From: Glycera tridactyla | Taxonomy: Eukaryota | Direction of reading: 5' to 3' | DNA: 64,000 nucleotides | Assembly: GCA_965644265.1 (NCBI GenBank) | Contig: OZ286472.1 | Coordinates: 40,672,001 to 40,736,000 of the forward strand | Shown here: in pieces, positions 1 to 12,899 of the stretch | Layout: each line of letters opens with the position of its first letter | Numbering within the stretch: position 1 is the stretch's first letter | Notes under the pieces: generated by a model | The model's database searches: none | Seen by the model: the letters and a program-made list of their open reading frames with translations, nothing else | What the model was told of the DNA's origin: nothing | Made by a program: the position numbers and the translations under genes

Positions 1-1487
1 AATAGCATTCCAGGGCATCAACTACCTCTTGTCAAAACTGTTGCTTTCTAGTCACGGATCAAACAACAAGTGCCTTCCTGGGACCATTTTCCAGATCCGA
101 GAAAGCGCATACCATCACACTGCCTTGGTTGTGTGCGGCCCATGTTGATTTCTGTGGTTGAGCTCAGTAGTGAGGGGGGGGGGGGCCCTCTTTTAGACCA
201 TGACTATAGTGAAGTGTATGGTTTACCATACTGGTATAGGTTTTCTCACACCTCTGTTCCGGTAACCCATCACACAATTAGCCCTTCTACAAATGATACT
301 GGCAAATGAGAGAGAGCGAGAGAGCTAGAGAGAAAGGGGGAAGTGAGAAAGGGGAAGGGAGAGAGACACAGAGAGATTCAGCCAGCCTACTGACTGCCAC
401 CTGCACCACCATCAGCCCACCATACCTGCTGCCACAATCCCCACCACCACCACCACCATGACTAGATGTACCACCATATCCAGATATGTGCTCGCTCATC
501 ATCTGTGACCATCATGTCTGCACGGCTAAATGATGAGGAACCAACATTGACCCAATGCTGGTGAGCCAATGTTTGCCCAGTACCGGATTGATGACAGTTT
601 TGTTTGAAGGAGCAGATACAAGCTCAAATCCTGTGGCCGGCGTTGACTCAACACGTGTCATTAATGCAGTTTCGGCCACATTGTTGACAGGCACTGACAC
701 ATGCTTGGGATCCTTTTATTTCAACATGATCAAAGGGGATGATCTCAAGATCAATGTAGTATGCATTTACAAACATGCCTTGGCTTCGAAATAGGTTGGT
801 TTAATCATCTGTATCCATGGTTATGGTTGCCATGGCAACCACCAAAGTAGAGAATTCTCCCTGAAATCATACTTTTTTGCAATCCCGCCATGAGTTCTCA
901 GCTGATAGATATGAATGCTGCATGTAAATATATTCAAATACTTTGCCTCTAACAGATCCAATGGGGGGCTACTTGAATTTCCTTGTAGTTTTCACAATTT
1001 TCAATGACGAATGCCCACTGTTATCAAAAAATAGCCTTTTTTCCATCTTTATTCCATGATATCATGGAAAAATATTCAGAAATCTCAGTAGCCACCGCTA
1101 TGCACTGATAGAGACATCCAAGATGAAAAAAGAATGTGCACCTTTCATGTGTAACCCCTGGGACTCATTCCTGGTTTCAAAAATGTGTAATTCCAGGTGA
1201 AAATTCTTGGTTGCCATGATTGTCATGGCAACCAAACTCTGAACTAACTTGTTGAACTGTGCTCAAATAAAAGCTGGCCATTTCAGGTCATATGATGATC
1301 ACGAAAGTGCCATGTAAGAGGAAGATATTCATGTTGAAAATATGGAATGAACATGAATGAGCAGGATCAGGTTTGAGTATACCACGGATTGCATTAATGA
1401 CATAAGATGCTGGTAAGGCACCGCCATCCTTCCCATTACCAAGGTGGTGTCAGCCAACATTGACCCGATGCCGGAATGCTATCTGGG
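1..1487. mobile_element. Putative non-autonomous CMC/EnSpm-like element; left end truncated by the window edge; hosts MITE copy 1
   Basis: The right end 1467-1487 GATGCCGGAATGCTATCTGGG has reverse complement CCCAGATAGCATTCCGGCATC, which matches the window start 2-19 ATAGCATTCCAGGGCATC with a 2-nt insertion. An internal motif CCAACATTGACCCRATGCYGG recurs near 541 and 1454. CCCAG termini are typical of animal EnSpm/CMC elements (from memory). The first TIR bases and TSD lie outside the window. Confidence 0.4.
652..1406. mobile_element. MITE family 1, copy 1 (~755 bp non-autonomous TIR DNA transposon)
   Basis: TIR core TGTCATTAATGCA at 656-668 and its reverse complement TGCATTAATGACA at 1390-1402. 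Colinear over its whole length with 53127-53887 (50/60 identical in a sampled stretch, 661-720). No coding capacity. TSD not resolved, so superfamily unassigned. Confidence 0.85.
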
Positions 1488-1559
1488 ATTACGTATACAC
1501 AAAGGTCACAAGTGCTTATACCATCATGCAAGATGAGGGGAATGACAAAATTGCTACAG

Positions 1560-2480
1560 ATATGTCTGAGACAGATTACATATCATTGATATTTTCTAAA
1601 AAAGATATCGAAGAGCTCACAGGATAGTATATTCTCGCATATTTTCATACATATCTTTGTAACTCTGTAACTTTGGTCGCTTAGCCCAAACTTGCTCGAC
1701 CAGCTTCGACTACCATGAGGTCAGAAAGCACCTTGAGTGTACACCGACCTTCTAACCGGCGCCCCCGCTAGAAGCCCAAAGAAATGTAAAATTGTTAGTG
1801 AAGGTTGATGGCGTACACTTTCCTCATCATATGATACTGAGATGAGCTGGCGTCGGTTCCCGAAGCTCAATTCGAGTGACATCTTATTCGGACACATCAA
1901 AACAAGGAATTGATCTATATCAGGAGTCATGGCTTCATATGTGTCATTGTTGTGAATTTGATATGCCCTTTTCATGAAAATGGCCACATGTTTTATGTCG
2001 TAGCCTGGTGTCACATCGTAAGTGTGGCAATTGTTACCAGAGAGGCTATTTCCTGGAGATAAATCAGGCTGGTCATTTGATTATCCAGAAAAACAGCCCC
2101 GGCGACCAACAGGATTTATGAGTGACTCTTATTAATATCATGAGCAATAAGAGCACAGCCACTATGATGGCCAGTCTAATAGAATTGGCCATGAAATATG
2201 GATGAGTACGCTCGTTAATGACCTGGTGAGCGGAAGAACTTTTGGCCACATTTCGAATTCACTGCTCTTCTATATCCACTTCAATATGCAATAGGTGAAA
2301 TTTTAGAGAAAGAAGAGCCTCAACGTATTCACCTGGACGAAAATAGGGTCAGTTGGCACCAGGGATCTGAATTTGAACTCTGAAGAAATGAAAGGAGCAG
2401 TTAATTGGTATCACAGATCTGAGCATCCATTTAAGAGATTATAATACTTCGTAGGGAAAAGACAATCAACACTAAGAATC
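1560..2480 (-). pseudogene. Decayed CR1/L2-group LINE reverse transcriptase fragment
   Basis: Minus-strand remnants occur in correct RT order: AKVLPL (WKxAxVxPL), WPILL (YRPISLL), GRRGC..NQ (QxGFR..S..Q), VAIFMKRAYQIH (FLDFxKAFDxV), SFGNRRQLISV (SFLxNRxQxV), GAPVRRSV (GVPQGSV). Many stops and frameshifts. Confidence 0.5.
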
Positions 2481-4358
2481 AGCTGTTGAAATAAAGAGAG
2501 TGGTTTTTGGAAACTGATTTGATTTTCTCCTCATTGGTCATGGAACGGACGTTGGCCCCTACCATTTCTTGACAGTGAGTTAGTCTGTGTTGAGAATATG
2601 AACATCCTAACCCGGCCAGGTTGAATCCTACATTCTCTGTAGACCTTTTGGTTCAATTTTTCTTCAGCTGTCATGAAACGCTTGCAAAGCATAGAACAGA
2701 CTCTGTTTGATCTCGGGTGGGTACGAGGGGATAAAAACGGCATTTCGGGGTTTTCTTGTATACCCTGGCTACCCTGAACAGAGAACAAAAAGTACTTTCC
2801 GTGTGGAGCGAAAGGACGCAATGGAACCCTTCATCAAGCATAAAGAGTGATGTTTGTTTCATGTTGCCTGGGCTCATTGAGTCCGACAGACGACTGACTG
2901 ACAGGTAGTCCCAGGCCCCAGTGAGGTCCGTCTGTATGAGTTCGCCCAGTTTATCACGTACAGTAAAATGGCCCGTGGGAGAGGAGATAGCACTTTGATG
3001 TATTCTTCTCTGGTGACGTATGTCCAATTATTGCATATTTCATTGTGGTACAACGATACGAAGATAACGAGCAGTATAAGCCGTCGGTGTGGATCATATA
3101 TCACTGAGTAGATTAAATGACATCACCCGCCACGTTCCACCAAGCGATATTACCCTGAAGAGGGTTAACCAGTGCCTTTTGTGTGGACGGCGACCAATTT
3201 GGTCATAACAAATTTCCCTTCGTCGCACTCCTGCTATTTACTGCAGGCATGGACTGAATAATTAATTGAATGTTCAGAATGAAACAGAATATGCGTTGGA
3301 TGAAAAGCACCCCAGCTAGTTTCTCGATTGTCTTGATACTCGCTGTTCTGAAAATTATGATAATGCAAAGTGGAGGAGGGGAGGTTTCCATCTATCGGCA
3401 AGGCCAAATTTGACAGCATTCCGCCTGGTTGCTTTTAAGGGGGCTAATTTCATCGTAAATTCCGTCGTAAATTATGTGCGATTCTCTCTCTTGGATCCGC
3501 ACACAGCAGGTGGAACGTGAGAGGCAGTGCTTATCCATGTAGACCACAGCTCAATCTAGAGTATTCATCAGCCCAACACTGTTCGCAATCGAGACGATAG
3601 TGGAAATACTCTTTCGACGATAATCAGCGCAAACCGGCACACCAAGGTTTGTCAAATACTTAGTCAAATATGACAACTGACTGAGAGATTATCAGCACGC
3701 TGAATACCTCTGCAGTCAACAGGCCGTTGCAATATGTTCAAGAGATTCACGTGCCCGACATCGTGCGAGGGCTTGGACAAGATTGAATCATTGTGTCCAA
3801 ACGAGCATTTTATTTGCGCATTAGGCGCGTTGGAAATGCCAACAAGCGACTAAAACACTTCCAACTGTCACTCGCAAAACAATTGTCTGGCACTTAAATG
3901 GATTTATGGGGTCATTTTTGGGCAGAATGACCAGCAGGCCATGCTGTTGATACCTAAGTTCGCTTGGTGTCGTTAGCCAGGCCTTCATCTGTCATCGAAA
4001 CATTACCTACATGTAGGCTCGCTCATGTTTTGCTCACTTGAACTGCAGTGAATGCATCCTTCTTTCGGCAAGTCGCCGCCATTATATCCTCCGTTTTGTT
4101 TCTCATTCATCAGGGGAGACCTTTTCCTGAAACTCCTCTCTAGACTGAATGTTATAACACGGACACATATTTTCTTTGGAGAATAGCAAAAAAAGCCCAC
4201 TCTGAGGAAATTGTCGTTGTTGAATCATGACTGTTCTGGTGTTTAGCATAACCATGCAGCTGAACACGACCGTGGTATATCGAGGATTGGGGTATTTTCG
4301 TGAATTGAAGTAATTACGAGACATTTGCTGTAAATACAGTGAAATTCATCTCGAATCA

Positions 4359-5313
4359 ATAACAAACTTCAAGCGAGCGAGTGGGGTCATTCATGACCCT
4401 GGGCATATATATTTGTGCACCATTTTGAAGATTTTGATCGGAAATAAGTTCCCCACCAAGAATTTGTCAATCCATTTGTCCTGTATTTGTGCATGGAATT
4501 TTGTAAGTGCATAGATTTTTGTGAGGATTGGCCAATCCGTGTGGCAAGTATGATCCGATCTCGTTCGGGGGTCACTTATGACCCCAGAAAAATCTATAGT
4601 TTTTCGACATCATAGCATCGAATTCTACTGTTTGGCAAGTGAGCCAGGCCAACAGCCCTGGAATGGCAAAATTCACAGCTGCACAAGCATTGAGACAGAT
4701 TCTCAATGCCAAGAGTGAGGATGAAAATAGCTCCATTGATGGATATGAGTCAGCACCAGACAATGAAGATGATATAGAATCTGACCATAAAGTCCATCCT
4801 ATACCTGTGGCACCTTAAGCAGATTAAGGTGTACCTGCAGAAGAAGAAGGTAGAAGCCAGACATGAGCCCAAGGTGAAGGAACCTGTGGATGAGCATGTG
4901 GGCAAACAAGGGGACAAGCTCAAGGTAGAGCCATTGTCCAAGATCCAGTCCAAGCTGCACAGGATGTGCCTGTAGGAAATGATGATCTGCATGACCAGGG
5001 CAGGTCATCCACAGGCAAGAATGGAACAATCCGATGGAGAAATCCCCCTCCTGCAGGTTGCCATCATGAACAGGACATGATTCAGAAATGACAAATTTGG
5101 TTGTGTGTTTTGGCTGCTTTTTTCTAAAATATGTCAAATTTCATACCTTACTACCTAAGATGGTGCACAAATATATTGGAGAGTGAAATAGATATAAAGA
5201 ACCCTAAAACAATCAATTATATAGTAATATTCCTATACAAAGTCGACGGGGTCACAAATAACCCCACTCAGTCACCAAAGTCGCCGAAATAGCTTGGTCG
5301 CTTGAGAGATGAA
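4359..5313 (+). mobile_element. Internally deleted (non-autonomous) piggyBac element
   Basis: Subterminal palindromes GGGGTCA-N4-TGACCC(C) at 4383-4399 and 4568-4585, and a decayed one at 5248-5265. The inner TIR segment TCAAGCGAGC near 4369 matches the reverse complement of GGTCGCTTGA near 5296. TTAA TSDs appear decayed (ATAA / TGAA). Contains a transposase N-terminus relic. Confidence 0.7.
4663..5091 (+). pseudogene. piggyBac transposase N-terminal relic
   Basis: A single frame from ATG 4663 reads MAKFTAAQALRQILNAKSEDENSS..DNEDDIESD (acidic), then a G/R/Q/A-rich tract, then STGKNGTIRWRNPPPAG. This resembles the M..FT...AL..I and GKxGTxW..PP motifs of piggyBac (PGBD4-like) N-termini. There are four in-frame stops before the terminal TGA, and no catalytic DDD region is present. 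Confidence 0.65.
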
Positions 5314-6349
5314 ACCTTTTATTCTAATCATTACTGATTTTGCTCCATGAAGCTTGTATTCATGAAGAGCTACTTTCAAGGGATACATATAATGGTCATA
5401 ACGTGACCCAACTGCCTCTATATCTATGCGAGCAGCATGCCTCTGATTAAAATCAGGGGTCTTTTTGCTCACGTCTCATGAAAATCATAAAGTCCTAATG
5501 GTCAATAGAGATCAACATAGCACCTAACAATCAATGGCAGTAGTTCGGAAGACGGTACTGGCAGCATGAACATATGCTCTGGCTCTGTCTGTAATCGAGT
5601 GTGTTTCCAGGAGAGAGATGCGAAGGCATGGAAATCCAACCCGTTTCCGGACATCATATGAATCATTCTGGTGTTTTGTATTCATCGTGTCTGTATCATG
5701 ATAGGATGTCAGGTTTCTGATGAGCACACATTCACTGTCTCTGACAGCTCAATGTCCAGTGGTATATATCATTTAAATGCAATGGTGAACTTACTTTCCT
5801 TTTTGGGGAAATGTCAACTTTCTCAATTTTGCAATGGCCACTCGTCACTCTTCCCCTATCACGAACTGGTATGATTTATTCAGCTGTCAAAAAAGACCAC
5901 AAGGTATGTGTCTCCTATGAACGAATTCTCAATCTTATGAAACATGCCACATGCATCTGTAAAAGGTAATGATCAATCGATTACCATATGTTACGAAGCT
6001 TCAAAACTTCAATCTGCACTAGAAAAGGCATGGCTAATCTTACTCTTTGCACATGTACTGGTATTGACAAAAACCAATCATTTCTAGTCAGTCATGATAT
6101 GCACTGGGCCGAATATTCTCCGATGAGTCGGGATGATGACCACCTTGACTTACATCCTTTTGATTCCATGAAGCTCCCGAAACTATAGAAATACAGAGAC
6201 ACGTAGCTCCTTGCCTAACGCACATATGTGCAACATAGCGAAGATAAATTGATGCTTGTTCATTACATTTAACTTCAGTGTCAGATATATCTGATTTCCA
6301 TGAACATAACTTCACGCTGGAGTCTCCAAAAGATAAAGACCGTTATTGT

Positions 6350-6960
6350 GTTGTTCTTTTTCTCTGATACCCTATTCAAAGTATTCTGTTACAACACCAA
6401 TATTGCCTCTAGGCGAATATCAGCGAAGTCTTGTGTCTGTGATGATTTGGTCTACCACCCTTGATCCATGCATCGTGAGAAGACATTCTAGATGTCCCGA
6501 AAAAATTGGATTCTCTGATGCCTGCTGGGGTTACAAATTGGCAATGCGACCGAGCTGAGCCCGGTTCCTATTTCGTACCATTTCCCACATATGACTTTGA
6601 TCATTTCTTGCATCGCGGGTACTATCTGCATTGAGCAAATTTAGCAGTACTATTGCCACCATAACCGACAACTTCTATCGCCATCATCACTAACTCTTGC
6701 ACAATGGAAGCAACCAAGTGAATTGTGTGGCTGAGGATGACATGGACGATGATTCATTGCTTGATTGATTGAATGATGCTTGACGTCTCTCGATGTTTTG
6801 CATAACAACCATGTTTTTCCTTTTTGTCGGGATTGATAAGACTCAATCGACTGGAGAAAATCGATTATCTTTCGAGGGACTCTAACACACAAGGCGGGTA
6901 GCGTTTGATAACAATGTGGAAAACTCACAATTGGATAATCCACCACCAGTGTGCATGGAT
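6350..6960 (-). pseudogene. Decayed RTE-like LINE RT fragment
   Basis: VDYPIVSFPH..VRVPRKIIDFLQSI resembles FVDYxKAFDSVxH..GVPxKIIxLI. VILSHTIHL resembles CILSPxLFNL. GG..NLLNADST resembles GG..NLRYADDT. Motifs are in order but heavily mutated. Confidence 0.4.
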
Positions 6961-9759
6961 ATACCCACTTTCTTTGTCATATAGGGCCGATGAGGTAGTT
7001 GTGTCGTGTGTGAGGCTTCCAATGTTTCTGTGCCACATTTCCGATCCACTGAAACTGACTGCAAGATGGATGATGGCAGTTGTCCACTTCACATGAGCCT
7101 AATTTCCCCATTTCTTTGGATTTTGTCAAAGACAACCTGTTCACATTTTGCTAGGATGCCAACATTTCGGAAATACATTGAGCACGTCCATCCTACACAT
7201 TGGACGACCCAGAAATAAGCAAAGGCCTAAGAAGCATAGAGTGCTATATAGATGTCTTTGTTGTCCAACCGATCAGCAGTGGTGAGATGATGGGCTAGAG
7301 ACCCCTACATGACCCAGACACATAAAGCCCCCATGAATCGAGCCTCTGAACGTTGCTTCTGTAATATTGCTCTACATCCACTGCTTTCCATCCATCTCTC
7401 AGCTCATCTCATCTCACCCCTCATCGATTTTGTTGGCTATCAATCATAATGATGCTGATTACATATGCTAGAGTTCTACTTGGAATGAATCTCCCCGGGG
7501 ATATCTCCAACCGAAGCTATGTCTCACAAAAGGTGTTCATCTGCGCAATGGATAACGGACATAGAGTTGCTACAGACGAAACAAATATCGCGAGCATATG
7601 ACATGCACAGGCAATGGAAGCAAATGAAGTGGATAGCCAACTGATCCCACAAACGTTCAGCATCCAGTGTTTATGATATTGCTTCCTGTTCCATGCTCCA
7701 TGGTCAGTACTTGAAGGACATATTCAATTCACCCTGAGAAATGTCAATGAACTCCCAACCCATCAGGCATCGCACAGAACTCTTCTTCGATTGTCTTCAT
7801 AGAGTTTTTCACAGCTTCTCTTTCTATCTCCGAAAGAGGAAAACTGAGCAGTGGAGATATGCTAAAGAGGATGCCTATTGTCATGATCTGAAGGGGATGT
7901 GGATAAGTGCGATATTGATAAATGTGATAGAATGAGGTGGTGGATAGCGAATCCATGCCAGATGCAAGGTCATCACAGTTGTGGTAAATGGTCTTCGAGG
8001 AGAATGCCTCGGATAGATGAGTCTTTGTTTCATACTCAGTTCCGATCGATGGGGAAAATGTCTCTTCATGAACATATTCATACATCGATAAGGATTCTTT
8101 ACTACCTTGAAAGTACTTCTGTCAGTCTTGCCAGTCAATGTTCCTACCACATCATCCAGCAGCTGACTAGATCGACAGACTAATTGACTGTGCTTTTGAC
8201 TGAGTCAGAGAATAACGCAATATCCTGAAGATGATGAATGGGGAAATGAGTTGCCAGTCAGCATTGACCGTAGCAGAAACAACTTCAGAAGTGGTTGTAG
8301 TAGAAGTAGTAATATCTCAATAGTTCATTTATCATGACATTTTGACAAGAGAGGTATGCGATGATAGACATCTTACATCATAATGATGGCTTGTCATCTT
8401 TCAGGGACCAAGGATGACCTCGCGGTTTGCCAGAGATTGCCTGAGCAGGCTGTCGTACCATCATTGTGATGGATGCTACTGGCATTGACAAAGAGGGAAG
8501 AAGCGAACCGAGAAAACAAAAGACCACTCGCATGACGACGTTGAGTACGATAGTGACGAAGATGCGAAACATGACAATTGGACGAGAAAGATGTTTATGG
8601 AAGTGACAAGCCCGGAGAAACGAAGGAGAAGGCTGATCTATTTGTCGTTCAAATGTGCATTCATATAGTACTCAAGTAATTACTTCAGTTTGGTGGCATT
8701 CCTACGAGTGTAGGTATTTCATTCAAACTTGCTCTCGGGATGTACATTCCAGCAGGGTTGGGTACAGATACCCGGGCATATGGTTATGAATCATTTCATA
8801 AGCTATAATGATGATAATACTAATGATGATGATAGTAATAATGAAGGTCTATATATCGACCTTTCCCTCGGTGAGCTTCACATAGATATGAACCTGAAAT
8901 TAACAATCAGAGAAACATGAAAATCAATATAGCGAGAGGGAAATATTAAGCAAATATGTTTATTGTTTTGACAGAAGTAATCCAATGACATTTTGTGACC
9001 GAGACCCTTGAAACCATTGCCATGACAACGAAGCAAGAGAATCATCTAGTTTCAGGCTGTTTTGACCCAGGTACCAGGTAATTTTATTGAGACTGCTCAG
9101 GTCTTGAGCATCAACTCAACTATTGCGACGATTTTGATTAGGATTTCAATTTTTTTGTCACGAAAATGTTTTTTTTGAGAGATATAACATCTGACTGAAA
9201 TGGTGCAACGGTGGTCCTGCACTAGGCCTGAATTGTCATTTTTTTTCCAAAATATCCCATTTCATTGCCATGGCAACATGTTAGAAATGAGTTTGACAAT
9301 ACAAAACAATATTGTAGACGCATGTGACCCTCAATGAATGAAATGTCATATACTTCATTTGGAAATATGGGATAGATATCAGGGTTCGGCCAACTTTATG
9401 CTGACATTTACAGAAAACGGGCGAACTGCATCAATTACTTGCGTACAAATGGCGATTGAAAAAACTCAAGCTATACCCGACCTACTATCAAATGTCATAA
9501 GCAGCACCAGTCAAAACAATCATTGTAAATGTCTTCATCATTTCATAAAGTTGAGCAGAGTAAATCTCAGATGCGCAGAAGTTGATAGATGATAGTTATA
9601 TCCCAATCACCAAAATTATCAAACAGCTTGAACTTATGATTTCTGTTCGTTTATGATTGGACAAACATGGATATAGATCCAAAAAGCATACCATAGAATC
9701 TATTATTTTAAGCACCACTCTCAAAACATGTATCTCCAGGAAGCATCCATGCCTCTCAA

Positions 9760-10045
9760 TTTAGACCTCTTGTGCTATGTCCATTATGACCACCCAGGCA
9801 TGTTGAACTGTACTAACCGTCCTCATGAAGATGTAAAACAGGACATTTCTCAGTAACCAGTGTCTATCACCACCAATTCACAAGCTGCACTTGCAAGAAG
9901 AAGGCATTTGCAATCTGCTCCATATGCCTCCTCCTCAGCCAGCATATGGATATCACAGAACTCAATCATTTATACCAATGACATCATTCACTAGCTATAA
10001 TCCTCGGAGATTTTAATCACCTATGTATCTGGAATGATCATTCTT
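9760..10045 (+). pseudogene. APE-type endonuclease fragment of an I/Nimb-like LINE
   Basis: TNSQAALA..ICSICLL (ICSIYLPP) ..ITELNHLYQ*HHSLAIILGDFNHLCIW (QLPxPxIILGDFNAHxxLW). IILGDFN is encoded at about 9997-10017. Confidence 0.5.
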
Positions 10046-10349
10046 TTACACATCCACAATCAAGAAGTGGTACATTTAGTTCGATAGATCTGTATGGCTG
10101 TTATCTGAGTTTGTGTATGGACAACTCATGGGAGACCGAGAAAGATCCATGTGGGGATGATCATATCATTTTTCGGTTGAGAATGGAATTGTAATAGAGC
10201 TGATTGACGATTATCCGAAGTAATCTTTGATAATAGGATTGCTAGCAAAAAAGCAGGACCAAAACCAAAGTGGTTGTTTTTGTTCTTGTTGGTGGTGTTT
10301 GTGTTGGTGTTGGTGGTGATGAAGCTGGTGATTGTGGTGGTAGCTGTAA

Positions 10350-10860
10350 TGTCCCAAGAGGAATCTGATGTGATTGTCTTATTTCAGAAGGATATGTGTG
10401 CAATGGGTATCTGACAGGCGTTCTTCTTTTGTATTGCTTCCTATTTGTTCATGACTGGCTGCGGAATTATCATATTCGAGTACCATGAGGAACAGTAATT
10501 CTTGAGTGCTATTACTTGTAAGAACCTATATGTCCATTAGGGTACAAGAGCTTCATACGTTAGAGGTTTCAAAAGGAGAGGAATGGCGTATTGAGATAGG
10601 TCTTCTCTGAGGAGAATGGTTCAACCAGAACACAATTTATGCATCAGCTAACATGTCTCCCGTCGTGAAACAACCTAGCCGTGTTATCAACGTCAAAATC
10701 TCTATTAAAGCCTTATCCGAAACGTACAGTGGTATCTGTATCGAAGCCACACTCGTATCAGAAGATCGCATTAGTATATAGAGAAAACATTCTTCAGCAA
10801 GTATCATAAATTTCCCAACACACCGTGATTTTTCATACACAATCGACCAGCGCAATTTTC
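10350..10860 (-). pseudogene. Possible decayed CR1-group LINE ORF2 C-terminal fragment
   Basis: EAIQKKNACQI (about 10405-10440) resembles LESIQKRACRI. Weak upstream similarity. Confidence 0.3.
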
Positions 10861-11729
10861 ACCAGTACACTATATCCACCTTTGAAGGCAACAAGCCATG
10901 TCTATGATATTTGGCGAGAGGTGATAAATCTCAGACACCTCATTCCCCGTGGATATTATACAGATACGCTTTAGGCATAATTAGGTTTGCCGTATTGAGC
11001 AATGGTCTCGTTAGTAGCAGCCAGCATACAGTCGATATGAAAGCATGGCCTAGATTGTTCGATCAAGCTTATTCGTAGATGCATGGACAGCATGGATAAG
11101 CAAATACAAACACGAAAAAGTTACAATATATACATTAATGGAAATACTGAAACTAGGATGGTGATATTATACAGATACTGTGGAGATGTTTGTTATTTGT
11201 TGGTCATGACTCGGGTAAGACAGGTACTATTGGGATATTGATGGGATACGATTATCCAACATAAGAGAAATATTTAAGGCCAATTGGTGCTTACAGTGAA
11301 TGATGATCTCCACTTACGATACACAATAACCAATGTATTCAATAATTATAACCGGAAGTAAAATGCATAGTGCATATTACACAGCAGAACCCTTCAAGCT
11401 GACATTGTCCTTGAACAATAGAAGACTGGTCAATATAAGGGCCTATACCTAGATTCCAAGTACTACGTCTCCTCTCCACTCGCTACATGTATGCGTATGC
11501 ATCATCTGCTTAGGATGATATCAAATCTATAATATGCAAATATCATTCCTCATAATATCGAATGATGATATCTACACATAGAGTTTAATGAGATACCCTT
11601 CTTTTTGATTAAACTAACCCAAATCTTATGTATCAAACGATGGCTTCATATGTGTATTGAAGCAAATATTATTGTTATATGGACCGGATGTTGCTAGATA
11701 TAGAGTTCTATAGTTCCATTCATTGAGAG

Positions 11730-12180
11730 ATAATGCCGTTATTGGCGAACTGCATCCGGCTCCGCCTCAGTTTAAGATCATGTGTTAGCTCTCAGTTCCT
11801 TGCAACAGAGTCAAAGATGCTATGATGAAGGGACTTCGAATATCTTTGGTCAAGGATGGAGAGCACAGACAATCAGGGAGAGGAGGGCGCACAGATATCA
11901 GGGCGAGGAGGGCGCTAGCTTGGATGGCCTTCAACAGCATGAGGAAGATCCGGTTGTCTGGAAACCATGATATTCATTGCCGCGAGTAGAACCATCCAAC
12001 TTTATGGCTGTGAGACCTACACACTGACTTCCGCCCTGTGGAAGTCTCTGGGTGGTTGCTATACACGAATGCGGCGAGGGGTCTATAACATCAGTTGGTA
12101 GCAACATTCAACCAACAAAGACCTCTATGATACTCTCTACAAAGTCATGGATATGATAGCTACAAGAAGACTCGAGACTC
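11730..12180 (+). pseudogene. RTE-clade LINE fragment (post-YADD region)
   Basis: DFEYLWSRMEST (DFKYLGSWIxST), DIRARRALAWMAFNSMRKI, and LYGCETYTLTSALWKSLGGCYTRMRRGVYNISW*QHSTNKDLY..IATRRL. These are close matches to the RTE consensus LYGCETWTL..LDGCYTRMLR..NISWxQHxTNxELY..RRL. Confidence 0.8.
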
Positions 12181-12899
12181 GCGTTTCCTGAGATAAGTAT
12201 ACATTATCGGAGTTATATCTAGATGCAGTTGACCATGAACTTCTCATTCTTAACATACATACATTTTCCATCGAATTTTAATTGCTTGGTTTGGGGTTGT
12301 AGTCAAAGAATAATGCGTTTTTTACTGTTGCCGTGCGTGTCATTTACATCTATCCTCAGATGTATGAGCTATGCGTATATTGTACATATTTTTCAAAATG
12401 AGGAATACACTAAAGGTAATCTAATTCGATGATGTGAGTATCACGACTCATGAAGGTTGCTCATTTGCCATAATGCACCCAGAAAGATATCGGACAGGTG
12501 GGCTATAGTGAACCTCAGCTAGAGTATGCTTCACAGTGATCATGTTGAGTTGGTAAAGGATGAATGTGTAGATATACCTAATCTCCCCATTACTGGCATT
12601 TTCTGTTGATATACCGAGATATATAGTGGAGAAAAGGATTTCACTACGAAGAATTGAATGCCGGTCAGGCAGAAGCTGTCAGCGGTGGGTTAGTCGATTC
12701 CATGGAGAAGTCTACCACAATGTTTGAATTTGACAAGTATGATTGCAAGCTTTCTGTTTTATTAGAAAATTTTGTTGATTTGTTCAGCGGTTAGGTATGG
12801 AAGACTATTGTGAGGTTTGGGATGCAAGTAATACTAAAATGGGTCTCTGTTGAGATCCAATATGGATTATTCGTATTCATGATTGTCATAATACCATAA

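Noticed and set aside
5400-6100. Possible APE endonuclease relic on the minus strand (YIPL, TAIDC, YDH motifs)
   Set aside because: The motifs are too short and degenerate to support a call.
7430-7700. Possible I/Nimb or CR1 RT relic on the plus strand (SYVSQKVF.., DSQLIPQTFSI)
   Set aside because: Only two weak motif resemblances.
12660-12705. tRNA/SINE B-box-like GTCGATTCC
   Set aside because: No A box at the right spacing and no cloverleaf.
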